Assembly (NCBI GenBank): GCA_048128005.1
Contig: JBEUKZ010000117.1
Location: forward strand, 124,001 to 188,000
From: Veleropilina oligotropha
Taxonomy: Eukaryota
Reading direction: 5' to 3'
DNA: 64,000 bases
In this document: positions 20,797 through 35,344 of the stretch, one piece after another
How the letters are laid out: every line of letters begins with the position of its first letter
Position numbering within the stretch: position 1 is the stretch's first letter
Notes under the pieces: model-generated
Databases searched by the model: none
Told to the model about the DNA's origin: nothing
What the model saw: the letters and a program-made list of their open reading frames with translations, nothing else
Program-made: the position numbers and the translations under genes

Positions 20797-21866
20797 TGTT
20801 ACACTGCGGGGCAGATGATGTTACCAAGTTCGGACTTCAAGAACTGGCGGAATGCCCGTCACCGCGTTACAGTGTTAATGAGATAAATAGTTCTGTAGTC
20901 TGCAATTGTTTGCCATATGTTCGGAGAACAACGATGGGAGGTTAATGGTCTTCATCATTCGTGTCGTCTAGTGTCCTATAGAGTATCTACAGTTCGCTGG
21001 CTTTAAAGCCATTTCCAGCTAACTGTATACTCGAATCTACGTAAGTTACTGTCTCTATTCATCTGACTCTGGTCATTCCGACATTAAGGACCGTTGTGTT
21101 ATCCATGACGGAATGCGGTGGTATGCGATAACGTCCCTGTGACAAGACACTATCCGCTGGAGTCGTTGAGTTTACATCTCGCTACTGCATCACAAGGCAT
21201 TGGTAGATTCTGGACAATTCATTTATATATATGTCCTCGACATAGTACAAATCGCATAGTATACATCCATGTCGATTTAGTTAACAGTAACGTAGATATA
21301 AGTTCTAACTAAACATATTTATACATGTACAAATGAGCCCCGCACAGTTATACGTGCTCCCTAGGATGTTGGCTAGGTAAGGACTGCCGCACTCCGGCCC
21401 GCACCGGCACTAAACCGAATTCTTCCACCCTTGTCTCGACCAATCGGATCTCGTGCTTTGGATTCGTCTCGGTATTCTCAAATTAACTCGTCCACTATTT
21501 CATCAGGAATACACGCATTTTGACATGGAGTGACGAATTGACCCTTATGACATTATGTTTCATAACCACAGAATACGGGCGTCATTCCTTTTGAACTCAG
21601 AACTAAACATCATTAATCTCTTTCAGTTATATCAATATGTCAGAATTACGTGACGTCAATAGCTACTATCAGGCAAATAGATGTCATTAATAAGATACAC
21701 ACAATTATATAAGATCACAAGGTCAAGACCAATCTCTTCTGGCAGGGGTCCTCAGTGCGATGTCATTAGTACATTATTTCAATATCAAAACTTATACAAT
21801 AGTAAAATAGTAATGAACTATAATAAAGATCTACTCATTAAGTACTTTAGGCATCATATTGTAACA
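20797..21866 (-). repeat. 5' LTR (1070 bp)
   Basis: Inverted termini TGTTACA (20797) and TGTAACA (21866). The outer boundary is confirmed by empty sites ccgtga|tctgttcgcg at 52510/52511 and 63929/63930. Confidence 0.8.
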
Positions 21867-22545
21867 TCTGTTCGCGACACAATTAATGATTTGTAGATCA
21901 TTGTTTGTCTTTGTCATCGTATCGCAGTGAAAATGTATAAGGAAATTACTATATGTATTAATATATTGCGTGTATATTTCCAGGTAGCTTGGTAAAGGCA
22001 TTCCACGCTGGCGACTGAAGCTGTTATCTCCTTTTCTCATTCGTTGATCCTCAAAAAAATTTCAACTAGTTGAACACAACACCGATCGATGGCCAGTTAT
22101 CGCGCAGAGCTACCCGCAGCGTCCAACCAGCACGTGACCAATAAAACAAGTTTCATTGGATAAGACGTGGAAATATGCGAATAGTTGGAATCGCATATAA
22201 CAGTGTGAGAGTTTGCGATGTGCGATCTTTCTCTATCTAATTTTGAGTGTTGTGTCCTGTATAAAAAGAAGGGAAAACTGCCTCATTTATTTGAAATAAT
22301 ATTTTGAATCAATGTGATCTTAAATATTTATTGGGAGCATTTATTGGGAGCCAGGTATGTAGTTTACAATACCCAGGGAATATTATATGCAATACCCAGG
22401 GAATATTATATGCAATATCGTAACATAAATTCCAGGAGGTGAATATGAGATACTAGTATGATGTGATTCGAAGATAACGGGTACCAATGCTGAATTAAGC
22501 GACATGTGACGATACTTTAGGGATTTGAGTTCCATAAACTTCCAA

Positions 22546-24587
22546 ATGGTAACACATACCGCAGAAAAGCCTCACCGATGTGTCACATGTAAGACGGCAT
22601 TTGCACAATCTGGTGATCTAATTACGGAAGCACATACAGAAAACATATCATTGTGTTGTGTGCAATAAGGCGTTTTCACACTCTGGTCATCTTATGGATC
22701 ACTGGCGAACCCATACTGGAGAGAAACTGAATCAATGTGTTAAATGTAAGAAGGCATTTTCACATTCTGGTGGTCTAAGGAAGCACATGCGAATTCATAC
22801 TGGAGAGAAGGCGCATCAATGTGTCACATGTAAGAAGGCATTTACACAGGCTGGTGATCTAAGGAAGCACATGCGAACCCATACTGGAGAGAACCCGCAT
22901 CAGTGTGTTGAATGTAAGAAGGCATTTGCACAGGCTGGTAGTCTTAGGAAACACATGCGAACCCATACTGGAGAGAAACCGTATCTGTGTGTTGTGTGCA
23001 ATAGGGCGTTTTCACAATCGAGTCTTCTTAGGGAGCACTGGCGAACCCATACTGGAGATAAACCGTATCAGTGTGTTGTGTGCAATAAGACGTTTTCACA
23101 ATCGAGTAATCTTAGGCGGCACGGGCGAACCCATACTGGAGATAAACCGCTGTAAGAAGGCATTCGCAGATTCTGGTGATCTTAGGAAGCATATGCGAAT
23201 TCATAATGGAGAGAAACCGCATCACTGTGTTAAATGTAACATGGCATTTGCAAACTATGGTGGTCTTCAGATGCACATGCGAACCCACGCTGGAGAGAAA
23301 CGGTATCATTGTGTTGTGTGCTATAAGGCGTTTTCACAATCAGGTCAGCTAAGGGCGCACGGGCGAACCCATACTGGAGAAAAACCGCATCAGTGTGTTA
23401 CATGTAAGAAGGGATTTGCACAGCCTAGTGTTCTAAGGATGCACATGCGAATTCATACTGGGGAGAAACCATATCCGTGTGTTATGTGCAATAAGGCGTT
23501 TTCACAATCTGGTCTTCTTAGGGAGCACTCTCGTACCCATACTGGATATACACCGCATCGGTGTGCTGTGTGCAATCATGCATTTTAAGAGTCTGGTCAT
23601 CTTGTAAGACGCGTGCGACGTCATACTGGAGATAAACGTATAAATGTGCTGTGCGCAATCAGACATTTTCTGAGTCGGGTTCGATTAGAAGGCACGAGCG
23701 AATACATACAGTGATACTGATGAGAAACCGCAACGGTGTTCTGTGTGCGATCAGGTATTCGCACAGTCGGGCCATCTTAGAGGCACATGCGAATCCATAC
23801 TGGAGAGAAACCGTAAAACTGTGATATGTGCAAGCAGGCTAAAGGCCCTTTTCCATTCGCGCGGCAATCGAGCAGCCAGGTAGCAAGAATTGATATAACG
23901 CAATCATATGTACCTTTTCAATTGTCACAGTTCCATTCCATGTTCCATTTGCTCGGTTCCTACCCACGCGGAAACCGCTCAACATTGATATCACGCAATC
24001 ATATATTACCTTTTTCATTGCCGTGTACGAGACGCGGCATGTGGGACACTCACGGCATAAATCGCTCTGAAATCGATTTTGATATGACCTGCAATATTAA
24101 TATATGTGCAAGAAGAACTGAATTTTAATGATATGACTTTAGCATTGGTGGTTATAAAACATGCATTATTTCAGCAGATCAGGGGGCATCGCTTTTGGGT
24201 GCATAAGATCATAAAACACATGTAGGCCTTTATGTATAATTTGCACAATATCTGAATTTAAACCAGTCGCCTTGGCTGATTACCACCAATATCATTCTTA
24301 ACAGATATTTTGTGGGATTTCAATGCAATGTTAACATAATATTGTCAAATAATTAATCACACATTACAAACACACGCTCTAGACAATTGCAAGTCTGCAG
24401 TTCACATAATTTATTATATTTATGTATTATATACCACTAGCCGCGCGGTAGGAACCGTGCATATGGAAAACGACCCTAGTCGCCAAGTCTCAAGAACCAT
24501 AAGCACTGCATAAGGGAGATAACCCCCATAAGTGTGATTTGTGTAAAAGCGCCTTTTCTCAGTCGAACATACTCGGAACACACATGT
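22546..24587 (+). pseudogene. Tandem C2H2 zinc-finger array, copy 1 (frameshifted; degenerate tail interrupted by a MITE)
   Basis: Many CxxC..F....[10 protein letters not shown] units (ORF 22658-23155, then the 22905-23588 frame); frameshifts near 22630 and 23150; a further degenerate finger at about 24510-24587. Confidence 0.85.
23842..24478. mobile_element. MITE, possibly Harbinger-like
   Basis: Imperfect TIRs aggcccttttccattcgcgcgg / ccgtgcatatggaaaacgaccct; interrupts zinc-finger-coding sequence. Confidence 0.5.
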
Positions 24588-26239
24588 TTTCTCTTGATTG
24601 TCACTAACTAATTGCGTGACGCGTTATCAGTATAGTTGTGTATATGCATATATCTGTAAATTGCAGCATGTATATTGATACTTCAACTTGATACTCCCTG
24701 CGCCTTGGCGTTATATTATAGTATTCATTTTACAACATTTTATTCATTTTACAACATTTAGGCCTTAATAGTCAGGTAAAACTGCAAGATAAGCGTAAAG
24801 TAGGGTATTAATGCAATTGTATTGTTTCAAATGGTAGATAAAAATGTATAGATGAAAAACCAGACGGTGCGACAATGGCACTGTTTATAATTTTGTTTAT
24901 TGAAGTCATTACCCCCCCCCCCCTCCTCTCATAAATTTTGTGATTAGTCAAACCATTAAATAACCACATATGTATCATGTGTGGTGTCATATTATAGATA
25001 ATTAAATGCACATCGTGAAAATAATGTTAGTACATAATTATTTTATTGCAGAATATTTATTAAATTAAATGACGTAATTAGCCACGCCCCTTTTCTTACA
25101 CAAATAGGCCCTTTTGTTACCCATCAAATATGTTTATCTTGCAAATTGAAATGGCCTTAACTCGACGTTAATATATGTTGCCGTGCTATTACTAATTTAG
25201 TAGTACTAGAACTACCAGCGTATTAAAGATGCTGAATCTACATTCCTATGATATTTCATATAAAAGAAAACAATAAATACGATATGGTATCCATACATGA
25301 CATTTGTTTAGGACGAAGGAAAAGTTAAAATGCAACAAAAGGTGTTGCTAGCATTTAATAATCGCTTCAGCCGACGTGGTATTTTATTCGAACGCCCCAA
25401 CCTCCGAAGCCATCTTATCTCATTTATCGTTATTGGGTCAAACGTCACGCGGTCCCGTCGATTTGATTGACATAGTGCAGCGCAAGCAAATGGCGTTACA
25501 GCTAGGTCAGTGTTTATTAGCGGTTCGCTGAAATTGATGTATTGCATTGAAACATATAGCAAGTTGCAGTAGCCGCATCCAATTTTCATTGATCGCGTTA
25601 TTTATTATTTCAAGTTTTCGCATACATCCATTTTATAATCAGAAGTAGTCACAGTCGATAACGGCGGCCTGCATCTATTTCTGTTGTCGACATCCGCCAT
25701 GGAAACCGATATAAACAAAATTCAGACAAGGACGACATAGAAATGACCCGGTATTTTTAGATCAGGGGTGATTTAGGGCGGATCTAAGTGACGTGTTGAT
25801 TCAGCCAAGCCGTCGTTCATTTACGTATACAATCGGCTCGAATTTTGAGCGCACGCTCATAATTCCATAAAAAAAATTCAAATATTTATTACCAAGTGAA
25901 ATTTTTTTTGCCATGTGTGGTAATCTCTGGAACGTCCTAACTATATGCAATAAATCAATGCAGAAAGTGTAAGATAAAACAGAATTTAAATACGTTTTAG
26001 TGATCTGAAGTAGATCGTGCATCTTTAAATCCGTGTATGCTCTTTTCATTGATTGCCCACATTATTTGATTATTTATTTGTCAAGCAACCATTTCACTGA
26101 TTATTACACTTTAAATAGATGGCGATATCCATCCGCCTTTCCGTTTTAGATCCCACCTTATGCAACCATGTTTTGCCTTTTGGTTATAAACATGGCCCAT
26201 TTCACAAATCTTTAAAATTACTATGAATGAACCACAATA

Positions 26240-26450
26240 GCCATGTGGTCTTGATTGCCGACTCTGAAATCACTGATTGCACTGCTTCGAACAACAGTAG
26301 TGCGTACGAATCTCTGTTGGGGCATGACTATTTTTTGTTCAGTTGTCCGAAGCTGGCCGAATTTTCTGTAGACGGCTTTTCTCCCATGATAATATGAACA
26401 TGTCCTGGTTTTAACATGAAGGTTGTAAATATACACGACGTTAAGCATAT
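26240..26450 (+). mobile_element. Old, diverged copy of the tRNA-derived SINE
   Basis: cagttgtccg..gctggccgaa...acatgtcctg...gttgtaaatatacacgacgttaagcata matches the reverse complement of 42169-42427. Confidence 0.6.
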
Positions 26451-26589
26451 ATATATCCGCTATACATAGCAGCACGTATAATGATACTCATAGTATACTG
26501 GGACGTAGGAACCGGGGGGGGGGGGGGTGTCAGAGAATAGATCTAAAAATATACATCCCAAAAAATGTGCTATATACTTTCGTTTTTAT

Positions 26590-29500
26590 TTTTTGGAGAT
26601 TTGCAAAGCTATACATTTTTGGAAACATATCCAACAGAATGTGGAAACCAATGTTTGCATTTGAACCGATGCCGTTATGGCGGCCATTTTGAATTTCAAG
26701 ATGGCCGCCAGTTGGAATAATTTATATAGCATAATACAGCCACAATATCAACAAATAATTTAGTCTTTGAGTTTAAATATATATTATCATGATGAAAACA
26801 TTACATAGCATCATCTGTCAGAATAATGTACATATTACAGGACAGGTGACAGTCTTTTTAGTGTGTGATATAATATGGATTTTAGTATTCACTGTATTAT
26901 GAAGATAATTTTGCAGATACATCTTAAAGATTTTGTATTACATCACACAACATTAAGTACAAAACTTACCGAGCCAACAAATGGTCAATGTTCAAGCCAA
27001 TGTGCAAATTAGAAATGGATATTTTGTCGCAAAACAATACATTTAAGCATCAACAAGTATTAAGGGGAGATAACTCAAGATTGTTTATATTTTCATTAAG
27101 CATTAATTTTAATTAATTATAAAGGTTAAATAAGACATATGCTGGTGCCTTAACTATATTTCCAGAGTTAGCTCATGAATGGTCAATCCAATGGACAGTA
27201 ATCACACAAAACAAACCAGCTACGATTTCTAGCAGTTGGAGAAAAGCATTCCAATATGTGACCTCGTTTCAAATGTTCCTCTACGAAATAGTTTGCTTAA
27301 TTACTTGATTTCAGACCAGACATGAAAAAGACCGTTGTTCTCAGACAATATAAACTTCATGCTGTCGTCACTGATCTTCGGGGTCATGGAGCGTCAAGAA
27401 CTCCAGTACCAGTATAGAGGATACCTAGCTGAAATTGAATGGAAGCAAGTTCTTCTTATTTGCCATCGCCTTATCGTGGTAAAGGGTCGGCGGCCTGAAT
27501 TATCCTTCTCCATTCGTCTGTCATGTATTCACCCTCTGTCAGATCCATCTCCTCTATACTTTATCTCAGTCCATCTCTCCCATTTCCTACGTTGCGTCTT
27601 CAACTCCTCCGCCCTCTTACTGGCTCCCTCCACGCTCTAGTCACGACATTTGCCCAATCATCAAGACGTGTCCGTACGATCTTATCTTACTTATATCCTG
27701 CACCACTCGTTTTGTCACTCTCATTCTGCTCCGCACCTTATCGCTTCTGATTTTATCTCGCAGCGTCACTTCCAAAATATATCAGAACACTCACTTCCAT
27801 TATCCTCTCATCCCTCTTCGTCCGTGCTCAGCACGCTGCCCCATACGCCATATTCGGCCAACCATATCTTATAAATCTTAGTTTTCAACTTAATCGGCAT
27901 CCTCCTATTATTCAACACTCCACTCATCCAGCTTGCATTGATTCCGTCCTGAACATCATTCTCACACACCCTCTTTCACACATGGTTGATCCAAAGTACT
28001 TGAAAATGTCTACCCTTTGTCCGTATGCTCTACTACATGCTAACGTATCTGACCTTTTCGAGTTTATCTTTAGTCCAAACCTATCCAGACTTGTCCGCTA
28101 ACTCAGCAACCATTCTTGCAACTGTTCCTCGCTGTCTGTCAAATCCTAAGTTGCACACACTAAAAACATATATTCATACATTGCATAATATAAATTGGCT
28201 ATTTGTGCAATTTTCAGAGATAACCCTAATCTGACGAACATTTGTCTGGATTCCATAAAATAAATAGAGGTGGCCTGCCTCGAGATCAACAAAACCAAGA
28301 GAACTAAACATGGAACATTTGCCAGTTCAAATCTTTTGCATGTTTTGGCCATTGCTGATGTACATAATATCTTTTTAAAGTTGGGAAGTTAAAGCAGGCA
28401 ATGTTGAAGTCCATGATGAAAATGACATTCATCAGGTGAAAACAATTCTGGCTTTCATCACATCATCTCATTCATCTGACCTGATGCTTCATTGTGAGCA
28501 GAAGAATACCTGAACAAACTGTTTTTGCTATGTATAGGATAAAATACAAATGGCTCCGACCTTGCTATATTTCAGATATATGACGTCCGCTTTAACTACC
28601 CAGACACTTCGCCTTCAGAACAAACTACAAGCAACAGTAATCATCTCTTTGAAATAGTAACCATGAAACATCAGACACACTGATGATCTGGATAGATGTG
28701 TTAGCAACAAGATGTGCTTCGCAAAATGCGCATCACACATTTTTATTTTCCAACACCGACGTCATATTGTCTGTTATGATATTTTCCCAAGAAAGACATG
28801 AATCTCTATGGTATCATGGGTGGCTCTAATTCAGCCAATCTGGAGAGCTTTGAGCTGCAATTCAGCAAAGGCATAAGTATTTCATGTTTTACAAGAGCAG
28901 ACACTGGGCATTTTTGTCGAATATGCTAAGCTATATTTGGCTAGAGTTATATATGACGGCACTATAAGATCAAAGTGATGTTGCGGAGGCGACATTGAAA
29001 CGTCTGGTCACACTTGCGACAATTATATGTGCCGTATATTATCAAAGAGGAACCCATATCAATAACATACCTGAAGTGCAGTCGCATCTATTATATAATT
29101 ATATGTCGGAGAATAATTTGTTATGGGAACAAGCCAGCGCACCGCAACATGAATTATTGGATCCACTACAAAATGAATACTATCGTGACAGATGCCCCCC
29201 AACACCGGCTTCTAATGTAATACTTGAAATGGTAAGATACAGGTGCAAGTAGAGTGTTCCGAATGATGACGACTAAAATAGAAAACACTAGCTAATGACA
29301 GTGATGATGATGAAATGTATTATATTTTGGGCTAGATGGTATATTGGTTTGAGAATTGAGCAGTGATTATAAAATATAATCTTTAAATTAAATGTTTAAA
29401 TGTGAAATTTTTCACTAATACGGCCAAAATAAAATAATCAGACTAAATATTCACATTGTTTAAACCAGCCAACTCATTATATATCAGCAAATTCCTTAGT

Positions 29501-30380
29501 TCAAAGCGAAGTAAACAAGTCTGAATATGCATTACATATTATACCTGCGATCTCGCAGGAGGCGCCCGAACACATTACCATTTATAGCAAACCTGAAGAA
29601 ACAGTTTAAACTTCCTGGTCCAACGGCCCACAATACGACCTGCATAATTTCATATCATTGTTGGTATAGTTTTTCCTGTATCTTGTAGAATGTGAAGGTT
29701 TCAAAATGGCCACCTATTATTGAAAAATGTACCCGTACTTATCCGCTGGCGAAGATATCAATACTCGGCTATATTAAATGGCTTGGATGTTAAGAGTTCG
29801 TTTTGCCTTGGTAAATAAATACATTAATGTGTTATAAATGCTGGATAATGACAAAAATGGATTTTGTATATCCGTCATTTTAAATCCAATATGGCTGCCT
29901 ATCTTCGTAGAGAGGCTCGAAGTCATTATACCATGTAGGCCTACATTTATAGCAAGAAACATTTCAAGCTGCATGGATTCAAAAGGCCACAATGTAACCT
30001 ACAGTATTTCATATGATTGATGGCTAGTTTATGCTGTATCTTGTGGAATGGTGAAAATGGTCCATTTGCATGCTTTCAAAATGGCCGCCAATCATTGAAA
30101 AATGTACAAAAGAGACTTGTACTGCTCCGGTGGTTAAAACATTAATACTTTGTGGACTATATTCAGTAGCTTGGAGATTAAGATGCTGTTTTGTCTTGAT
30201 AAATGAATACATTTGTGTAATATAACAGCTGGAGAATGACTAAAAAGTATTTTGCAATGCCGCCATTTTGAATTTCAATATGGCCGCCATAACGAATTTT
30301 CCCCAAATGCAAACATTGGTTTTTGAATTTCCCAGGGTATACAGTTTTCAAAAATATAGAGATTTTCAAATCTCCGATAA
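26590..30380 (+). mobile_element. Highly decayed Academ transposon relic
   Basis: Degenerate inverted repeats (aaaccaatgtttgcatttg..gttatggcggccat at about 26645-26710 vs 30258-30325); 28995-29252 encodes ICAVY...WEQA....LLDP...PA..ILEMVR.RCK, like the Academ C-terminus. Confidence 0.6.
27450..28100 (-). mobile_element. 3' fragment of an RTE-clade LINE
   Basis: The - strand reads VDIFKYFGS...GVL..RRMPIKLKTKIYK in decayed frames; short (AAG)n tail near 27450. Confidence 0.6.
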
Positions 30381-31974
30381 CCCTTTTTAGGACATAGTGA
30401 ACCTGACTAATATAGACAAATCCATTGTAAACAAGTAATTCCACTACAAAACAAGCACTAAATCTCTGAGAATTAACTAGTGGATTGCGCATAAAATATT
30501 GTTATTGTCAGATATTGTCATTGTATGATTGTAATTCATGTTTAGAAATATTGATCGTAGATATTTATGCCTTTCACCATCGTCTTCCTTAGCCCCGTGA
30601 CGAGGGTTTGCGGTCTCCTCTGATTGCTCTTGTTGTTCGATGTAGCGACACATATACTCTGGTCATAATGTATTGTTGTGTAATGCTGCAGGATTATTGA
30701 ACTACATCTGGATGGATGCAGTATCAAGAATTGGCGGCAATAACACAGCTGAGTACTAAGCCGCAACAGTACTGTCAGACAATCTCGGTGGTGACATATG
30801 CGTGGCTATTTCTGCCATCCCAGGATGTGAGTTCACTGTCTCGGCTCTACGTAAAGGAAATCAGATACATGTTGAACCTAGGAGAAGTCATGGGACTTTC
30901 AAGGCGCTTTTCAAAGATTGGAACAAAGTCAGTAAACCTGGACGAAGATATGCTCCACACTATCGAAATGTACATTTGCTATGATGAAAGCCAAAGCACA
31001 TTTCTATGAATGAAGTTCGCGACGCTCTCTTCTGGGAATAGTACAAGCTTCGTGATGATAACAAACTTCTCCATAAAATAAAAAAATGAAATAAGCCTTT
31101 TACCTCTTTGTTGGTCGTTTATCGAGAAAGAAATCATGCATGTAAGCAAATTGTGCGTCACTTATATGGAGGACTGCAGACAAAGGAAGGTCGATTCAAC
31201 TACGTCCAGCATACTACTGGTGAAATAACGATGATGAGAGATTATGTGCTCAAGCGATGTGAAGGTGTGCAAATCGCAATATATTCTTGTGAAAATACTG
31301 ACGAGCCTGTCTTTGGCGAAACAGACTACACGTTTTTACTGATGTGGAAGCCATCTTGAAATAAAATAGAGTGTTCGTTTCAATAAAAATAAAATAGTTA
31401 ATAAATTAATTAAAACCGAAAGATAAAGTTGGAATATAAGTTATCGAGCCGTATCTGTCTCTAAGTGTAAAATGATCATAAATGCAATATGTTATAAAAT
31501 AAGATTACAAATGTAAAAGACTAACACATTTAAAAAGTATTATTATGACAAAATAGGTAAAAAAGTGGGTGTATAGTATAACATTTAAATACATCTTGAG
31601 CTACACCACACCAACAAATATTCATTATGCCATTTTTACTCCTTTAAATTGATTGCTGAAACAAGTAGTCTAGTCTATATTAATATAAGTAATTGCTGTA
31701 AATACAACAATTGAGAAAACCTTTTGGCTCTTTTGTGTAAAGTGTTATTCAAGATGACGTCCTCTTCTTCTCTCGACATTGTATTAAAGCATTAATCACC
31801 GATTGATCTAGTCATCTTGCGTAGAACGTCAAATTTACAGGCATTACACTTGTGGACAAATTGTTGTTTGTTTTGTAATGATTGCAGAAAACGCCACATT
31901 GTTTACCAACGTTGATCTTAATTCAATTAGCAGAACTTACGGTGTATTCACACCTCTCTGCTGGTCTTGCTGCT

Positions 31975-32329
31975 ACATGGTGCATTATCCCGACATTTCA
32001 CTGAATTATTTCATTTGTCAAAATATGTTGGTTCGAATATGTCAAATTCGGGAAGAAGGATCATATGTGTCCCGTTTATTTAGTTGTTGTTTACAAGAGA
32101 GACTTAGTAATTGTTTGCAAGCGGTATGCAAGTTCATTTTTCAATATATTGTTTGTTGAACAACCTAGTTATCGATAGTGTCAACGCCGAGTGTTAAATA
32201 CACGTAATTTGCAATTTATTCGTCATGTTATCGAGTAGAGCAGCACACGATGGTCATTGGTCACTATTCGAACCAACATCATTTGACAAATGAAATAATT
32301 CAGTGAAATGTCGGGATAATGCATCATGT
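31975..32329. mobile_element. MITE with about 65-bp TIRs
   Basis: acatggtgcattatcccgacatttcactgaattatttcatttgtcaaa..atgttggttcgaata is inverted at 32265-32329. Confidence 0.75.
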
Positions 32330-32764
32330 GTCCCGTCCTTAGTGTTCTCCCTTGTCTATATTATATAGTAACAATGAACTGCGCAATGCAAACGGAAACA
32401 GACGAACGATAAGCAACGTCTATATTATATAGTAACAATGAACTGCGCCAACCGTCAAACGGAAATGAGGTTTTTAAGTAAACCTAATATTAGTATAAAA
32501 CATACTTACGTCCTTACTCTTGCCATAATAGTCATATTATCGCCAACCGGAAACAGTGAATAAAGTCACATTTATGCACTTATTAAGTCAAAACACACCA
32601 CGATCACCTCCCCTGCTCCCCCTCTCCAAGTTCCCCCGGCGAGATATCGCCAAGTCTCGCGAGATATCCGAGCTCGAGATCACAAGACCTCAATTCAAAG
32701 TTCAGAACCCCAAAGGAACTTAGTAAGAGGGGAGGAATGCGAAAGCGCAGGGTGGGTAATCGTG

Positions 32765-32854
32765 GTAAGGACGTAAGTATGTTTTATACTAATATTAGGT
32801 TTACTTAAAAACCTCATATGTAGTTACAAACATACTTACGTCCTTACTCTTGCC
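32765..32854. repeat. DIRS internal complementary region (ICR)
   Basis: ...tttacttaaaaacctcat|atgtagttacaaacatacttacgtcc... is the complement of the left terminus fused to the complement of the right terminus. Confidence 0.9.
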
Positions 32855-34077
32855 AGAATGACCTTGGATAGGTGGGTAAGAAGTTCCTTACAACAAACCC
32901 AAACAAGATTATGACTTACTTTCACCATCTCAATCAGCCTGAAGCGTCGATTATGTCCGCCCAGAGTGGAATCTACTGAGTATTATATTCCACTCCTACC
33001 AGGCGAGAATCTCGACCAGTGAAACCGGGAGAATACGCCGTGGTGTTAGCCGGACAAGGTGAACGGAAGTGCAATCAGCCCCAGGCACGGCCGGAAGGAA
33101 GATCCTTGTAGGCCTTACGTGTCATGGACCAGTGGCAGCCAACTGGTACTCCGGGCCATAGGCCGGTAGCCAGAGGAAGCAGTCGGATTTGTAGGCACAT
33201 GGAACCTAATAGTTAGGCTGTGAATACACCAAATCTTAAGCAAAAAATTAATAGATGATAATAAATAATCGATATTAATAAGTAATTCGCATGACCAACT
33301 TGCGAATAGCTAACATGAGTACATGTTACTTAAAATAAATTTTAAGGAAGCAAATATTAAAAAAGTTTCAATGTCTTGAACATCGTATGTTCTGTAACAG
33401 CATAGAACATCAATAATATTGAACCTTAAAATCCTATAAGACTTTTTGCAATATAAATGTTTATTAAATTCAATGTGAACTGGCCTGTCAAAATACTCAG
33501 ATATGACATGAAAGTATCAAGATCTTAAAATGTTTTTAAGAAATGAACATACATTGAATCGCCTTATAATGTGTATATTTCATAGAACAGCTAGGCATGC
33601 CAAATAACATTGCGTCAGCACGAAGTATTTTAATTGATTAATCAAGAAACAATACTGACTGATTAGACGACCTTTGTCTAATAATACATCGTTGAGTAGT
33701 TACCCATTGTAGACTGCTCAACCCATCAGCCCCATGGCATAATCCCGCAGGAAATGCTTAACAAAGACATTTCTAGAAGCAACGCGGGTGGCCTCATCTA
33801 GCGAGGTGCCTTCAAGGTAAGCGTCCCTACGAAGTAGGAGTGCGTTACCCAGGACACGTCCCGTCTCCAACGCGCTGGTCTCCATAACGGCAGCAACCTC
33901 CTGGAGGAAGGACAGGGCAGCCCACGGGCGCCGGGTCCGTCCTCCTGTAATACGGCTATCGCCCCGTCTAGGAAAAACTCCTGAACGGACGACAGCCGCA
34001 GAGCCCGTCGGTCAGAGCTCTCGAAGCTTCCAAGGCGGACCAAGGAACCTTCGCTACAGAGGGAGTGTGACTGGCGG

Positions 34078-35344
34078 TCAGTCGACGCATCGCTGCGTCA
34101 ACACGAGCCGCTCAGTCGCCAGGCACGGACCAGTACATGCGAACGGGATCGAACGCGAACTGGCCCGGAAGTACCTCCCACTACGGAACCCCGAAGGGAA
34201 CTCCGTCAATGGGGAGGACTCCACCGGAGTGCGCCCCTGAATGAGCTTCGTTGTCGAGTCTACCACCAGATCAACAAGCCCAGACTGAGGTAAGGAAGGA
34301 AGCAAGGGGGCTTCCTTCGCAACAAACCGATGTGCCGCCGTCCTGTGCTTGACCGAGCCTACGTCCGACCGAGTCGGTTCCGGCAAGCCAAGCACCCCGC
34401 GAAGTGACGCAACGGCGTCTAGCCTTCGGCGGGTGGTGGAGGTCGGCTCCTGCGTGCCTGAAAGACTACCGTCTTCGGGCCCGACCGATTCAGGGAGGTC
34501 GGAGCGAGTAGAATCGAGGTCCTCGTCGGAACGAGGGTCGATCTCCATCACGGAGGCAGGAGCCGTGCTCTGCGCCACGGGCAGAGGTGTAGGGAACTGG
34601 GGCGGCTCGGGTCCCGGTTGCCAGGCCTTACATCGAGATTCGAACTCCGCCGCGATCATAGCCTGGACGTTCTCGTATGAGAAACCCGGAGGCATGACGG
34701 GCGTTGAACTAACAGCCGGTAGTTCTGTCGAGGTCGGTGGCGCAAGGTAGACGGGCTGCACGGACAGGTGGTCCCGAGAACCAGGGTCTCGGGTCACCTG
34801 TCGAGCGGTCGAACCCGAAAGACTGGCCCGAAGGCGCAATCAGTGGGCCGGACGACCTGTAGGACTGCGGCCACAGTCCGTACTGGTCTACCGCTCTGTT
34901 CGAGCGAGGCACGGTCGGATCACCGTAAAACCCCGTCCCGAACGCAGCCGGTCTGTCCACGTTATCTAGCGTGACCATCGTGGGTGCACGGGAGAGAACG
35001 GGCCCTCTGAAAACATCGTGAGCTCCGAGGTTGAGCGGAAAAACCCAAGGGTTAGTCGCGTCGGTCTCGGACGAGGTTTCAGGCGTCGCCAATTGTCCGG
35101 ATCTTAGACCATCGTAATGGTGTCCGGCCTCTTTATTGGCTTTCTCATTGGGTTGCTCTCGGTCGTTAAACGGAGAGTTTCCCGCAGAAGGACTAACGTT
35201 CCCCGTATTCTTCGAGGCCGAAGAATAGGAAGGGGATTGTCTGCCCTGTTCAGCGGTTCGCCGCACTGCCAGATATACCTTGCTAGCCGGCAAGGTATGG
35301 TTGGCTGCAGTTACTAGGCCCGTTTGAGGAGGATCGAACAGCAC
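34078..35344 (-). pseudogene. DIRS gag-like ORF1 fragments
   Basis: Two overlapping Pro/Ser-rich ORFs (34709-35344, 34078-34839) in the GC-rich interior, at the position of DIRS ORF1. Confidence 0.55.

Larger units (their letters stand above)
18864..21866 (-). mobile_element. Truncated Gypsy/Ty3 LTR retrotransposon (5' LTR, PBS, gag, protease; RT/RH/IN missing)
   Basis: LTR with TGTTACA...TGTAACA ends, PBS, gag with CCHC knuckles, aspartic protease ALIDTGAD. Confidence 0.85.

Noticed and set aside
30716..31359. Short ORFs that might form a decayed gene
   Set aside because: Fragmented, and I could not recognise any motif; a translated search would be needed.
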